Source: an uncultured Verrucomicrobiae bacterium
GTDB taxonomy: Bacteria; Verrucomicrobiota; Verrucomicrobiia; Limisphaerales; JAFGQR01
Reading direction: 5' to 3'
DNA length: 64,000 nucleotides
Assembly: GCA_963788655.1 (NCBI GenBank)
Contig: CAWBHS010000090.1
Coordinates: forward strand, 1 to 64,000
Shown here: positions 12,057 to 25,909 of the stretch, piece after piece
How positions within the stretch are numbered: position 1 is the stretch's first letter
Layout of the letters: each line of letters starts with the position of its first letter
The notes under the pieces: model-generated
Told to the model about the DNA's origin: nothing
Databases searched by the model: none
The model's input: the letters and a program-made list of their open reading frames with translations, nothing else
Made by a program: the position numbers and the translations under genes

Positions 12057-12542
12057 GCATCGCCGGACACGGTGCCGACGCGGGGATGATGACCGTTTAA
12101 TCGGACTCCGCATCGCGGTGCAGCCGCGCTACATCGCCCCCGCACGGCAACCCGTGACAAACCCGACGTTCGCGCCGCCGGCCGTGATCGCCGGCACCAC
12201 CTTCTCCTGCGTAGATCACCTGTATCGCGCCCACTTGTTCGGCTGACTGGACCGAGCCGCGCGCTCGGGCCCCCGTCGCACCTGCTTCTGTTGCCGCCAG
12301 CGGGTGCTCAGTGCCGGGCCGCGTGCAGGCCGCGCCGCGATGCCAATGGTCCACTGTGCGGGCACCGCGCGGCCGCGAGAAAGGTCGAGATAAGTGAAAG
12401 ACCGGGACTGGATTGCGGTATCATTGCATTGATAGACCCCCGAGGCCCCAACGCTCACGGACATACCAATGTTGATACTCATAACGGTCGCGCAGCAGCT
12501 GTGTTCCGGTTGGACGACGGACGACCGAGGCGCGACGGGCTG

Positions 12543-14297
12543 ATGACGCCGAGCCGAGCCCCTTTCCTTGCCGCATTGTTTCTGCTGTTCGCGCTGCTGC
12601 TGAGCGCCACGGCCGGTGCCGCGCCATCGCTATCGGTTACGGTTGACCACGACGACGCCATCGGCCGCGCCGCGGCTTACTTTCCGGAATCAGGCGAACC
12701 GCTGAAGCTGCCGCAAGCGGAGGCCGCCTATCAAGCCGGGTCATTTTCACCCGGTCGCCATCCGGTACTGACGTTCGGTATCGGGCCCAATCCGGTGTGG
12801 ATCCATTTCACGGTATCAAATCCCACTGCAGACGCCGTGACGCGGCGTTTGGCAATCGAAACCCCTTGGCTGGACCGGGTCGAAGTTTATTTCCGGCACG
12901 GCGGCGCCACCGTCGCGTCCTACAAGGTCGGCGATCGCGAGCCCTTCGGCACACGCCCTGTGCACAGCCGTTACTTCGACTTTGATCACGACTTTGCGCC
13001 CGGCGTGAGCGACGTGTTCCTGCGCATTGCAACCGCCGACCCGATGGTCGTACCCATGTACCTGCTCTCCCCGCAGCAGGCCCAGCAGCGGGAAACGTTC
13101 CAGAATTACAGCTTCGGCTTTCTGTACGGCTTTCTGCTCGCCCTACTCGCCTACAACGCGATGCTTTACGCTGGGCTGCGGCACCCGCGTTACATTTTCT
13201 ATTCGCTGTATCTCGGCATGTTCCTACTCATGAACCTGTCGTATACGGGACACGGGTTCGCCTGGTTTTGGCCGAACAGCCCCCAATGGGCACAGTGGTC
13301 GAACCCCATCTTCATGTATTTGTACGGTGCAAGCGGCCTCATATTCGCCACCCGGTTTCTCGACACCCGCGAGCGTTTTCGCCGCAGCCACAAGGCGGTA
13401 CTGGTCTTTCTCGGCGTTTTCGGCGTCGCCCTGGCATTGGCGATCGCGTTCGGTCAGCAACGCTTTGTGTTGCTGGCGGCTTTCAGCTTCGCATTTCTGT
13501 TCGCGACCATCATGCTCGCCCTCGGCGTAATGGCGGTACGTTCGGGGCAGACACCGGCGCGCTATTTTCTTGTGGCGGCGGTCGCGGCAATGCTCGGCGC
13601 GGTGTCCACGGCTCTGTCGACCTGGGGCTTCATTCCCTTCAACACCTGGACGTTCCGGGCGGTCGATATCGGGATGTTGCTGGATGCCACGCTGCTCGCC
13701 CTGGCGCTGACCTACCAGTTCCGCGTCGGCCAGAAACAGCGCCTGCGCGCCGAAGAACTGGCAACCCTGGACCCCCTGACCGGCATCAACAACCGCCGGG
13801 CGTTTTACGATAAGACGGCTGCGCTCTGGAACAGTACCCGCCGCCTCGACCACGATGTTTCGGTCATTCTTTTGGACATCGACCGCTTCAAGAATATCAA
13901 TGATGCCTTCGGCCACGCCTATGGGGATGAAGTGCTGACGGCGACGGCGGAGCTACTGTCCAGGTGCGTGCGGGAACAGGACGTGATCGCCCGCTGGGGC
14001 GGTGAAGAATTCATTCTGTTGCTGCCGGAAACCGACGCACGAGAAGCGGCGGCACTGGCGGAACGTCTGCGGCGCGAAATGGCCACGATCCGGATGCACC
14101 AGTCCGGCATCGATAGTCCGGTCACTGCCAGCTTCGGTGTCGCCCAACGCGAGGCGCATCATCCCAATCTGGAAGCCTTGATCTCCGCCGCCGACCACTT
14201 CCTCTACCAGTCCAAAGCCTTGGGCCGCGATCGGGTAACCTACAAGGGCTCCGACCCGGGCGCGCGTCCATATCCGATATGCGCCGATGCAAGCTGA
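12543..14297 (+). CDS. Diguanylate cyclase with 7TM-DISM extracellular and membrane domains
   Basis: Signal peptide, DISMED2-like periplasmic region (WIHFTVSN...WLDRVEVY), seven hydrophobic segments, DPLTG, DIDRFKNINDAFGH, RWGGEEF. Confidence 0.92.
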   Translation: MTPSRAPFLAALFLLFALLLSATAGAAPSLSVTVDHDDAIGRAAAYFPESGEPLKLPQAEAAYQAGSFSPGRHPVLTFGIGPNPVWIHFTVSNPTADAVTRRLAIETPWLDRVEVYFRHGGATVASYKVGDREPFGTRPVHSRYFDFDHDFAPGVSDVFLRIATADPMVVPMYLLSPQQAQQRETFQNYSFGFLYGFLLALLAYNAMLYAGLRHPRYIFYSLYLGMFLLMNLSYTGHGFAWFWPNSPQWAQWSNPIFMYLYGASGLIFATRFLDTRERFRRSHKAVLVFLGVFGVALALAIAFGQQRFVLLAAFSFAFLFATIMLALGVMAVRSGQTPARYFLVAAVAAMLGAVSTALSTWGFIPFNTWTFRAVDIGMLLDATLLALALTYQFRVGQKQRLRAEELATLDPLTGINNRRAFYDKTAALWNSTRRLDHDVSVILLDIDRFKNINDAFGHAYGDEVLTATAELLSRCVREQDVIARWGGEEFILLLPETDAREAAALAERLRREMATIRMHQSGIDSPVTASFGVAQREAHHPNLEALISAADHFLYQSKALGRDRVTYKGSDPGARPYPICADAS

Positions 14298-14461
14298 TCC
14301 ATTTGCATTGCCCGGTTCTTCGGACGCCGCAAAATTTGCGGCGTCCGACGCTCACGGCATAGTCGTTCGGCATGATCCCATTTCGACAACCGACCCTGCA
14401 GCCGATCCACGAAAATAAAGGCATTGTTCACGCCACCATGGTAGACTGTGCGAATTACGGC

Positions 14462-14562
14462 GTACTTCGGTCTACGCCGAAGTTCGTGGTTTCCCTTCCG
14501 GCTTGCCTCGATCCCATTCACTCAAGTGAATCGCGCCTAGACCGTACCCGCACCGCCGGGTA
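14462..14562 (+). promoter_or_regulatory. Structured 5' leader of rhlE (candidate cis-regulatory RNA)
   Basis: Pairings visible by eye: CGGTCTA(14468-74)/TAGACCG(14538-44), ATTCAC-TCAA-GTGAAT, ACTTCGG/CCGAAGT and TACCCG/CGGGTA. Confidence 0.45.
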
Positions 14563-14587
14563 GGCCATTCCAGGAGCATTACCCAAG

Positions 14588-15964
14588 ATGTCATTTTCCG
14601 AACTCGGCCTTTCGGCCGAATTACTTCGTGCTGTGTCCGAAGAAGGCTATACCGACCCCACCTCGGTCCAGCGCCAAGCGATCCCTGTCATTCTAGAAGG
14701 ACGCGACGTACTGGCCGGCGCCCAGACCGGCACCGGCAAAACGGCAGGGTTCACCCTGCCGCTGCTGCAACGTCTGAACGCCCGCGCGCCGGCAACACCG
14801 CGGCGCGGAGTTCGCGCACTGATCCTGACGCCGACGCGGGAACTCGCCGCCCAGGTGGAGGAAAGCGTCCAAACCTACGGCAAACATCTGCCGTTGAAGT
14901 CCGCGGTTGTTTTCGGCGGTGTGAATATCAATCCGCAAATCGCCAAGCTTCGCCGCGGCGTCGATATCCTGGTGGCCACGCCCGGCCGGCTGCTCGACCA
15001 CGTCGGCCAGAAGACGGTCGATCTGTCGCAGCTGGAAATCCTGGTGCTGGACGAAGCCGATCGCATGCTCGATATGGGTTTCATCCGCGACATTCGCAAG
15101 ATCATCGCCCTGCTGCCGGCCATCGGCCGGGGCGGCCGCCAGAACCTGCTGTTCTCGGCGACGTTCTCGCAGGAAATCCGCGATCTCGCCAACGGCCTGT
15201 TGCACGACCCGGTGCACATCGAAGTCGCGCGCCACAACACCGCTATCGAAACGGTTTCCCAGTTGGTGCACCCGGTGGACCGGGAACGCAAACGGGAACT
15301 GCTCTCCTATCTGATCGGTTCCGGAAACTGGCGCCAGGTGCTGGTGTTCACGCGCACCAAGCACGGCGCCAACCGGCTCGCCGAACAATTGAACCGCGAC
15401 GGCCTGCCCTCTGCCGCCATCCACGGCAACAAGACCCAGGGTGCGCGCACCCGCGCGTTGGCGGAGTTCAAAAACGGCGCCGTGCGAGTGCTGGTGGCGA
15501 CCGACATCGCCGCCCGCGGCCTCGACATCGACCAACTGCCCCATGTCGTCAATTTCGAACTGCCGAACGTAGCCACCGATTATGTCCACCGCATCGGGCG
15601 TACCGGCCGCGCGGGCAATTCCGGCCAGGCGATTTCCCTGGTGTGTGTCGATGAACGGGATTTCCTGCGCGACATCGAACGCCTGGTGAAAACTGCGATT
15701 CCGAAGCAGGTGATCGAGGGATTCGAACCCGACCCGAGCATCAAACCGGAACCGATATTCAAGCAACGGCAGCAGCGTTCCGGCAAGGGCAACGCGGGCC
15801 CCGGCAGGCGGCCGGCGCACAGCCATGGCAAGTCCACGCATGCGGAGAAGAAATCGCAGGCCAAACGAGGCAGCCGCAATCCGGGGAATGGGACTGGTCA
15901 GCGCAGCGGAGCGAAGCCGCAGAGTCGCTCCAACCAGGGCCGAGCGAGTCAGCGGCCCAACTGA
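14588..15964 (+). CDS. rhlE: DEAD-box RNA helicase RhlE
   Basis: [57 protein letters not shown] and a basic C-terminal tail. Confidence 0.93.
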   Translation: MSFSELGLSAELLRAVSEEGYTDPTSVQRQAIPVILEGRDVLAGAQTGTGKTAGFTLPLLQRLNARAPATPRRGVRALILTPTRELAAQVEESVQTYGKHLPLKSAVVFGGVNINPQIAKLRRGVDILVATPGRLLDHVGQKTVDLSQLEILVLDEADRMLDMGFIRDIRKIIALLPAIGRGGRQNLLFSATFSQEIRDLANGLLHDPVHIEVARHNTAIETVSQLVHPVDRERKRELLSYLIGSGNWRQVLVFTRTKHGANRLAEQLNRDGLPSAAIHGNKTQGARTRALAEFKNGAVRVLVATDIAARGLDIDQLPHVVNFELPNVATDYVHRIGRTGRAGNSGQAISLVCVDERDFLRDIERLVKTAIPKQVIEGFEPDPSIKPEPIFKQRQQRSGKGNAGPGRRPAHSHGKSTHAEKKSQAKRGSRNPGNGTGQRSGAKPQSRSNQGRASQRPN

Positions 15965-16027
15965 TCAGGATGCGACAAGGCCGGCGGCGGAGCATTGGTC
16001 GCCGCTGGCTTTGCAGCCGCGCGTGAG

Positions 16028-16262
16028 TCAGAGCTTGGAGGCCCAGATCGCCAGCTTGTGGCGCATGGTCTGCTGCGAAACCTGGTCTTCCGGAATCGGC
16101 TGAATCACCTTGTCGTGGACCAGCAAGCCGATAGATGTATTCGATTTTGGCGCTGGTCGAATCCGTCGCTTCGAACTCCACCACACCGCGCGACTCGCCG
16201 TATTTCACGCCTTCCTCAATCGCCTTCCGCACCAGTTCCTTTTCATCTTTCAGTTTCTTCAT
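16028..16262 (-). CDS. DUF5062-like small protein (one frameshift near 16125)
   Basis: MKKLKDEKELVRKAIEEGVKYGESRG...KIEYIYRL then LVHDKVIQPIPEDQVSQQTMRHKLAIW; GAGG RBS. Confidence 0.7.
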
Positions 16263-16297
16263 GGCGACCTCTTGAATACTCCGCAACAGGTGGGCGA

Positions 16298-16447
16298 CTA
16301 TTTCGCGCGTGGCACGATCGCCACCTCGTCTCCGTGTTCGATCAGCGTATACGGCTCGGCAAGGTGCTTGGCTACAGTCACCTGCACTGCGTCGTGCGCA
16401 AATTCGTTCTGCCAGCCTTGGCCACGTTTGCGCAGCCGAGCGAGGGT
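16298..16447 (-). pseudogene. MoaD/ThiS-like (ubiquitin-fold) C-terminal remnant without a Gly-Gly end
   Basis: Manual translation LARLRKRGQGWQNEFAHDAVQVTVAKHLAEPYTLIEHGDEVAIVPRAK*; no convincing start upstream. Confidence 0.45.
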
Positions 16448-16558
16448 TGGTTCGGGCTCTGTCTTGGCATTGCGAGATAAATTCGCTTCACCTGCTGTCG
16501 CGGCGCGGTGGACGTTGCGCGGCGGCGTATGAAAACCGCCTTCGCCGGGCCGGCAGGT

Positions 16559-16753
16559 TCACCAACCGCGGTTGCACTTCTTTTCGATATTCCGTTGCGC
16601 CGCAAGCTGCAGGATGACCCGCTTGCGTTGTTCGCTGGCGGTATTCCATTCCATGATCTCGTTCATGCTACGAAAACAACCCAGGCAGATGTCGTTGTCA
16701 TCGAGACAACATCTACGGATACAAGGCGATGCCTGGGTCGAATTCGAATTCAT
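16559..16753 (-). CDS. DUF1289 domain Cys-rich protein
   Basis: SPCIRRCCLDDNDICLGCFRSMNEIMEW. Confidence 0.85.
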   Translation of the reverse strand: MNSNSTQASPCIRRCCLDDNDICLGCFRSMNEIMEWNTASEQRKRVILQLAAQRNIEKKCNRGW

Positions 16754-16866
16754 GAGTCGAGGTGATTCAATGATTACAGGTCCGCGGTCCCCGCGGACAA
16801 AACGCGGCCAGTATCGACCTTTTGACATGCAAAATAAAGTCGGGAGGCGACACGATGCACGCGCAC

Positions 16867-17238
16867 TCAATCGCCTACGCTTTTGATCATCTCCCGCAAT
16901 TCGTGAGGCCTCGGCAAACCCGCGACTTCGATTTCCGGTTCATCGCCCGCGGTGTACACGGAAATCGTGCCCACATCGAAGAGGCGGTTGAAAAAGGATT
17001 GATGTACATTGAACGTCCGAATGCTGCGCACGTTGAGCTCGGTGCGGTCTTTGCTCAATAGCCCGGTCTCGAGAATCAGGTCGCTGCCCGCGAATTCGAG
17101 TTTGATCGACCGGCATTTCAGATACCACACGATCAGAATAACGATTCCCAGAACGACCGGAATCAGCACCACCGCCAGCACGAAACCAAACGGATGATTT
17201 TTGAACATCGCGGGGTATTCGGAATACTGAGCCTCCAA
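16867..17238 (-). CDS. Bacterial PH-domain membrane protein
   Basis: N-terminal TM segments then ILETGLLSK...QSFFNRLFDVGTISVYTAG; AGGAGG RBS before TTG. Confidence 0.8.
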   Translation of the reverse strand: MEAQYSEYPAMFKNHPFGFVLAVVLIPVVLGIVILIVWYLKCRSIKLEFAGSDLILETGLLSKDRTELNVRSIRTFNVHQSFFNRLFDVGTISVYTAGDEPEIEVAGLPRPHELREMIKSVGD

Positions 17239-17389
17239 AGCCGACCTCCTGATTGCGTGACAGCGCGCGCGCCGCAGCCCGATTTATCCCACCGAGCCGG
17301 GCCTGGAGCGCAATGCCGACAAGGATAGTCGAACGCGGGCCGTCGCCCTCCGCACGCGCGGTGGAGGTATCGGCGTCGGGACCGATGGG

Positions 17390-20496
<3,107 letters not shown>

Positions 20497-20500
<4 letters not shown>

Positions 20501-21681
20501 AGGCGATCCTGCTCCCGCTGTTCCGGCAACAGCACGGCCGCGCCGTCATCGAGCAGTTGCTGACCGAGCACCACCACCCGCCCTTGCAGTTCGTCGCCGG
20601 TGAGTTGAACCCGACCGTCCTGACGAATGCCGACCTGTACTTCGCGCCAAGATACCGAGCGGCCGTTTTCGGCGAGCATGAACACGCCGTTCTTGCCTTC
20701 GCGCGTAACCAGGGCCTGTTCGGGCACGATGACCGCCTCGGCAACCCGCTGCAGAGTCACCGTGGCACGCACGAACATGCCCGGCTTGAGCCGCACGTGC
20801 GGATTGTCGACCCGCATTTCCACCTGCGCCTGACGCGCGCTCTCGCGGAACACCGGAGCGATGCGCACGACGCGGCCATGGAACGCCTCGCCAGGAAACG
20901 CATCGGTGTGCAGTTCCGCTGCCTGCCCCTGCTGCAACAGTCCGTAATCGCGCTCGGTGACGAAGAACACTGCGGTTACCGGGTTCAGTTCCACGATCCG
21001 CAGCAAAGGCGTGTTCGCAGACACGGTTTCACCTTCGTCCACCAGGCGCGCCGCCACCATGCGCTGGCCGTCGCCGCCGCGCCAGTCCGCGGTCACCGCG
21101 GTGTAGCCGAGGCGGATGCGCGCCAGTTCGACGTCGGCCTGAGCACGCTGCACCTGGGCCCGGGTCACCTGCACATGGGCTTGCTTGGCGAGCTGGTCGG
21201 CCTTGGCAACATCGCGCTGGGATTCCGAAGTCACGCCCCGGACGCGCAGCTTTTCGATCCGCTGCAACTCGCGCTCGGCGATCTGCAGCAGGCTCTCGGC
21301 TTCGGCCAGATTCGCCTGGGCTACCACCAGGTTGGCCTGGGCCTGTTTGAGCGCCTGCACGTATTCGGCGTTGTCGAGCCGAGCCACCACCTGGCCGCGC
21401 TTTACGGTATCCGCGAGATCGACGTTCAACTGCTCGATGCGACCGCTTACCTTCGGTGCCACCACCAACTCGGCGTGCGCATCGAGATTACCCGTGAACG
21501 AGCGCCGCAACTCGATGGGACCGCGCTCGATTTGCGCCACTTCGACCGGTACCGGGCGATTGCGCTCGGCCCGCGACGGCTTCGCCGCGCCGGATTCCTG
21601 CAGCCGTTCGTGAATCGTCCAGGCGAGGACGCCGCCGGCGAGCACGATTGCCAGTGTGAACAGCCATCCTTTCAGGCGCAT
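20497..21681 (-). CDS. RND periplasmic adaptor (membrane fusion protein)
   Basis: VAPKVSGRIEQLNVDLADTVKRGQVVARLD, coiled coil, LKPGMFV; 4-nt overlap with the permease. Confidence 0.92.
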
Positions 21682-21932
21682 GATCGGAACCGGTGGTTGC
21701 GGAGGACTCGAGGGTTCGGTGGTTGTGCGGTCAAGCCCGGCAAGGTATGACCGCCGCAGTACATCTACCCATTCTCTGTGGGTTTACGCTACCACCGTTT
21801 TCCGGCAATGGCCACGACCGGTGGGCGTTGTCGGCACGTCGCGCAGACGACGCGAAGCGGCATGGGCGGCGGGATTGCCGGCGCTTGCAGCAGCCCGCTG
21901 CGATCCTGGGAAACGCTGCGGTGGCACTTCGT

Positions 21933-23831
21933 TCAAGCGAGGGCTGCGGACGGGACCGTCGGAGCGCCGAGGCGGTCGTCGCGATCGCCGAACAGTTCGA
22001 GCGCAATTGCGTCGGTCGCTTCGGCAAAGGTCGCGCTGAATACGACATCGACCGAGCGTCCGGCGCCGGACTCGAGGATCTTGTCCGGCGACTGTCCCGC
22101 CCACAGGCCCAGCGCCAGTCTGGCTCGCGGATAGGCTTTGCGCAGGCGGCGCATGGTAGCGCGGGCCTGGCCGGATACCGCGTTGCCGAAATGCGAGATC
22201 AGCAGCCATTCGGGCACTTCGCCCGCTGGTGCCGGTTGGCTACTCAACTCGTCCGCGCTCAGCACCCGGGCGCCGACGCCGCGCTGCTCGAATAATTGCG
22301 CGACGATCGCCGAGGCCGCCAGATCAAGGCCGTTGCGCCCGGCCACACACAGCACCCGTACCGGACCGTCTTCCCGATCCGTGACATCCGTTTCCTGGAC
22401 TTCACCTTCGTCGGTCTCCCGGCTCAGCTCGGCACGCTCGTCGGGGTCGGCCAGATCGGAGATCACATGCAGGAAACTTTCGATGACGATGGTACGCCGT
22501 TCCAACGCCTGCGCCTTGCGTTGACGGTCCTGTGCGGACAACGTCAGGGCCGGTCGCACGATGTCATCGTAGAACGCCGCGAGGCTGTGCTGTTCGAGGT
22601 AGTTTTCGGCGATCTCGATGCCTTCATCCGGATCGCCGGCCAGCATACGCTGATAAAACCGCTCCGCCGGCGTCAGCGCGGGCGCGCTGCCCAACACCAC
22701 GTCGAGAAAATACAGCTGCGGTACGTAGCGACCGATCACCGCCAGACATACGGTCAGCGGGGTCGATAGAAACAAGCCGACCGGTCCCCACAGCACCGTC
22801 CAGAAGATTGCCGCCACAATCACCGCCAGCGCCGACATGCCGGTGCTGGCACCATACAACCGCGGTTCGATCAAGTTGTTGCTGATCAGCTCGATCACCA
22901 CGAACAAAGTCAGGGTCCACAACAGCATGCTCCAGCCCGAATCCACTGCCAGCGCCAGTGTCACCGGAAACAGCGCTGCAACGAACGGACCGACATAGGG
23001 GATGAAACGCAGCAAGGTCGCCAATGCGCCCCACAGGATCGCATTCGGAACGCCGATGAAGTACAAGCCGACGCCGATCGGTATACCGTAGGTGGCGTTG
23101 ACGAACAGCTGCATGAGCAGGTAACGGCTGACGCGCCGCGCCGCATCGTCCATTGCCTCGGTGGTGATCGACAGATTGCGGCCGAACAAGCGGATCATGC
23201 GGTCGCGCAGATCCTCCCGCTCCAGAAGCATGAAGATCACCAGTACGACCACGATACCCGCGGTACCGAGCGGCCCGAGCAACGGCGTTGCCACGGTCGT
23301 GAACACTTGCCATGGCGAAGGCTCCGGCTTTTCGACGCGCACCACGGGTGCCGGTGGTTTGCCGGATTTGGCGGCCTGCTTGGCTTCGGCACCGGCTGCC
23401 ATATCCGCGCCCAGGTCGTGGGCCATCTCCTGAATGCGTTCCACGGAACTGCCGTTTTCCGAAGCGGAACGCAGCGAAATGACTTTGGCGCGGATGTTTT
23501 GTTCGTAGGTGGGCAAGTTGCCGGCGAGATTGATGAGCTGGCTACCCACCAGCGCGCCGATCGCACCGATGATCACAAACGCGAGCGCGGTAACGGACAG
23601 CACCGCCGGCGCCCGTGGCACACCCAAGCGCCGTATTCGGGTCACGAGTGGCGCCAGGGCAAAACTCAACAAGCCCGCGAGCGCCAGAGGGATAAAGACG
23701 TCCTGGCCGAAATACAGCGCAGCGATCGCGACGATGACCACGCCCATGGTTTGCAGCACATGGCTCGCCGTCCGTACGGGCACGCTAGAGCCGGGTACCT
23801 TGGGAGTATTCCACCTTGGAAGATCCTGCAT
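21933..23831 (-). CDS. AI-2E family transporter with a long cytoplasmic C-terminal extension
   Basis: LLRFIPYVGP, NNLIEPRLYG, WGPVGLFLSTPLTVCL, then ERFYQRMLAGD and a Rossmann-like VLCVAGR region. Confidence 0.88.
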   Translation of the reverse strand: MQDLPRWNTPKVPGSSVPVRTASHVLQTMGVVIVAIAALYFGQDVFIPLALAGLLSFALAPLVTRIRRLGVPRAPAVLSVTALAFVIIGAIGALVGSQLINLAGNLPTYEQNIRAKVISLRSASENGSSVERIQEMAHDLGADMAAGAEAKQAAKSGKPPAPVVRVEKPEPSPWQVFTTVATPLLGPLGTAGIVVVLVIFMLLEREDLRDRMIRLFGRNLSITTEAMDDAARRVSRYLLMQLFVNATYGIPIGVGLYFIGVPNAILWGALATLLRFIPYVGPFVAALFPVTLALAVDSGWSMLLWTLTLFVVIELISNNLIEPRLYGASTGMSALAVIVAAIFWTVLWGPVGLFLSTPLTVCLAVIGRYVPQLYFLDVVLGSAPALTPAERFYQRMLAGDPDEGIEIAENYLEQHSLAAFYDDIVRPALTLSAQDRQRKAQALERRTIVIESFLHVISDLADPDERAELSRETDEGEVQETDVTDREDGPVRVLCVAGRNGLDLAASAIVAQLFEQRGVGARVLSADELSSQPAPAGEVPEWLLISHFGNAVSGQARATMRRLRKAYPRARLALGLWAGQSPDKILESGAGRSVDVVFSATFAEATDAIALELFGDRDDRLGAPTVPSAALA

Positions 23832-24008
23832 CGCGCCGCCCGAGCCCTTCCACCGGCCGCTCGGTTGCGGGCGGTCCCTCGTGGGCTCGGTGCCCAGTTT
23901 AGTGCGCTCGCGCCGCCGCCACAGAATTACCTATTCAAAATTTTGCCCCGGACCCGAGCCCGAGAGACGCCGGCAGGTGCCACGGCGCCTGACCCATCGC
24001 CAAACCGC

Positions 24009-24749
24009 TCACGCGGGGGCGGCGCCGATTCGAAACGTCGACCTCCAGCCGAGCAAGGTCGCCGCCGGTTCGCTGGATACCGTGCCGTCGTCCTCTGCGA
24101 GGTTGTAAATGCCCGGCGGCCCCTGAACCAGCGCTTTGCGTGCCGCGTCGGCGGCCGCATCCACATGCACCGGGCCGCCATTCGCCGGCACATCGAACCC
24201 GGTGCCGGGCCCGTATAATTTGCCGTAGCGCAGCACCAAGCCGTCGAGAGGCGCCGCCAGAATCTGCTGTTCCAGGCTGCGCACCGCGCGGACCGTGGGG
24301 CCAAGCGCCGGATCGCCGATATGCAAGGGGGCGTCCTGGCGGTAGGGCATGGGCCCCGGCGCATAGGCGAACGCGATACTCTGCGCGACCATGCGCCGCG
24401 CTCCCGCGGCAATCGCGGCGGCAACGAGATTGCGCGTCCCCAGGTCGCGGATACGCGCATTTCGAATTCGAGCCTCCGCCATCTGTGCCGGGTCGAGCGC
24501 GTCGGGCAGATCCGTCAATTGATGTACGACCGCTGTTGGCCGGGCCCGGCACACTGCCTGGCGCAGGCGCTCCAGATCATAGACGTCGACAATCGCAGGT
24601 TCGACACCGATGGCGGCGAGGCGCGCCGCGCCTTCCTCCGAGCGGGTCATGCCGGTCACCGACCAGCCGTCGGCAACCAGCAACCCGCAGAGACGGATGC
24701 CAACCACGCCACTGGCGCCGGCAACGAACACCGTGTCAGTTGAATTCAT
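24009..24749 (-). CDS. NAD(P)-dependent epimerase/dehydratase family oxidoreductase
   Basis: VFVAGASGVVG, VVHQLTDL, AQSIAFAY, LRYGKLYGPG. Confidence 0.88.
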   Translation of the reverse strand: MNSTDTVFVAGASGVVGIRLCGLLVADGWSVTGMTRSEEGAARLAAIGVEPAIVDVYDLERLRQAVCRARPTAVVHQLTDLPDALDPAQMAEARIRNARIRDLGTRNLVAAAIAAGARRMVAQSIAFAYAPGPMPYRQDAPLHIGDPALGPTVRAVRSLEQQILAAPLDGLVLRYGKLYGPGTGFDVPANGGPVHVDAAADAARKALVQGPPGIYNLAEDDGTVSSEPAATLLGWRSTFRIGAAPA

Positions 24750-24897
24750 GATCCTGGAGCCCGACGGTTGCCATTGTCGCGATCGGAAGGATTTGCGGCA
24801 CGTGCGCGGTGACGACATTTGCAGCCAGGGCGTTGGCTAACCCGCGGGATGACCCTAACTCAATCAGCCGCATCACCGATCAGCGCCTTGCCGGTGA

Positions 24898-25770
24898 TCA
24901 TTCGTCACCGGCTTCATCTGTATTCGTTTGAGGTTCGTCGTCGTTCCGAGCGCCGAACACCCGATTCAACACGGTGAAGGGGACCGCGGACGCGAGCGCC
25001 GCGAAGCTACCCTGTTCCGCGATCATGGTCGCAGCCTCGATAAAGCCGCCCCAGGCGGTACGCGCCAACGCCGAACCGACGCTGATGCGCCGCACGCCCA
25101 ATTGCGCCAGGTCGGTCAAGGTCAGGCCAATATCACCCGCCACGAGGGCGTTGACCGGTTTCGGCGCCACGGCGCGCACGATGGCGCTCAATTCCTCCCG
25201 CGTGCGGGGTCCCGGGGCGAACAACACGTCCGCACCGGCGTCTGCGTACGCCGTCAAGCGCTGCAGGACGTCATCGAGCGGTCGCGGATGACCGACCAGA
25301 TAGCTTTCGGCGCGGGCGGTCAACAGCACCTGGGCGCCCGTTGCGTCGATGGCGTGGCGCGCGGCGCGAATGCGTTCCACGGCCAGGGGCAGTTCGTATA
25401 AGCCGCCCAGTTCGCCGGTCGCATCTTCGATGGAAAGACCGGCAACGCCGGTTGCGACACAGCGCGTGACGTTGTCAGCCACGCCTTCCGGCGCATGGGC
25501 GTAGCCGGCCTGGAAATCCGCGTTCACCGGCAGGGGTGTGGCGGCGACGATTGCCGCGATATGGGCCAGCATCTCGTCCCGAGACGAACCCCACACCGTA
25601 TCCGCCTGCCCCTGGGAGAACTGGAACCCGGCACTGCTGGTCGCCAACGCCGGAAATCCCAGGTGGGCCAGATAGCGCGCCGTACCGATATCCCACGGAT
25701 TCGGAATGACGAAACAATCCGAGTCGTGCAGCCCGGCGAACGCCGCGCGACGCGCGGAGAACTCATTCAT
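24898..25770 (-). CDS. Isocitrate lyase / PEP mutase family protein
   Basis: PNPWDIG, ALATSSAG, PVNADF, GLSIED, LTARAE, AGADVLFAPG, RRISVGS. Confidence 0.9.
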   Translation of the reverse strand: MNEFSARRAAFAGLHDSDCFVIPNPWDIGTARYLAHLGFPALATSSAGFQFSQGQADTVWGSSRDEMLAHIAAIVAATPLPVNADFQAGYAHAPEGVADNVTRCVATGVAGLSIEDATGELGGLYELPLAVERIRAARHAIDATGAQVLLTARAESYLVGHPRPLDDVLQRLTAYADAGADVLFAPGPRTREELSAIVRAVAPKPVNALVAGDIGLTLTDLAQLGVRRISVGSALARTAWGGFIEAATMIAEQGSFAALASAVPFTVLNRVFGARNDDEPQTNTDEAGDE

Positions 25771-25804
25771 GCTGGTGTCCTCTTGCGACTGCCCGCCACC
25801 AGAA

Positions 25805-25837
25805 CGCGGGGCGTTACTTTGGACGCTCTGGTTAGGC
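25805..25837 (-). repeat. Left half of a degenerate attC-like site downstream of the TPR gene
   Basis: Minus strand reads GCCTAACCAGAGCGTCCAAAGTAACGCC (RYYYAAC inverse core plus L''-like segment); no matching right half. Confidence 0.4.
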
Positions 25838-25909
25838 AATTTTTCTCTTTGAAAAAAATAGCGCGGGGTACGTGATCTGGTGGCCGAATACTCCGGGACG
25901 GTAACGTGT

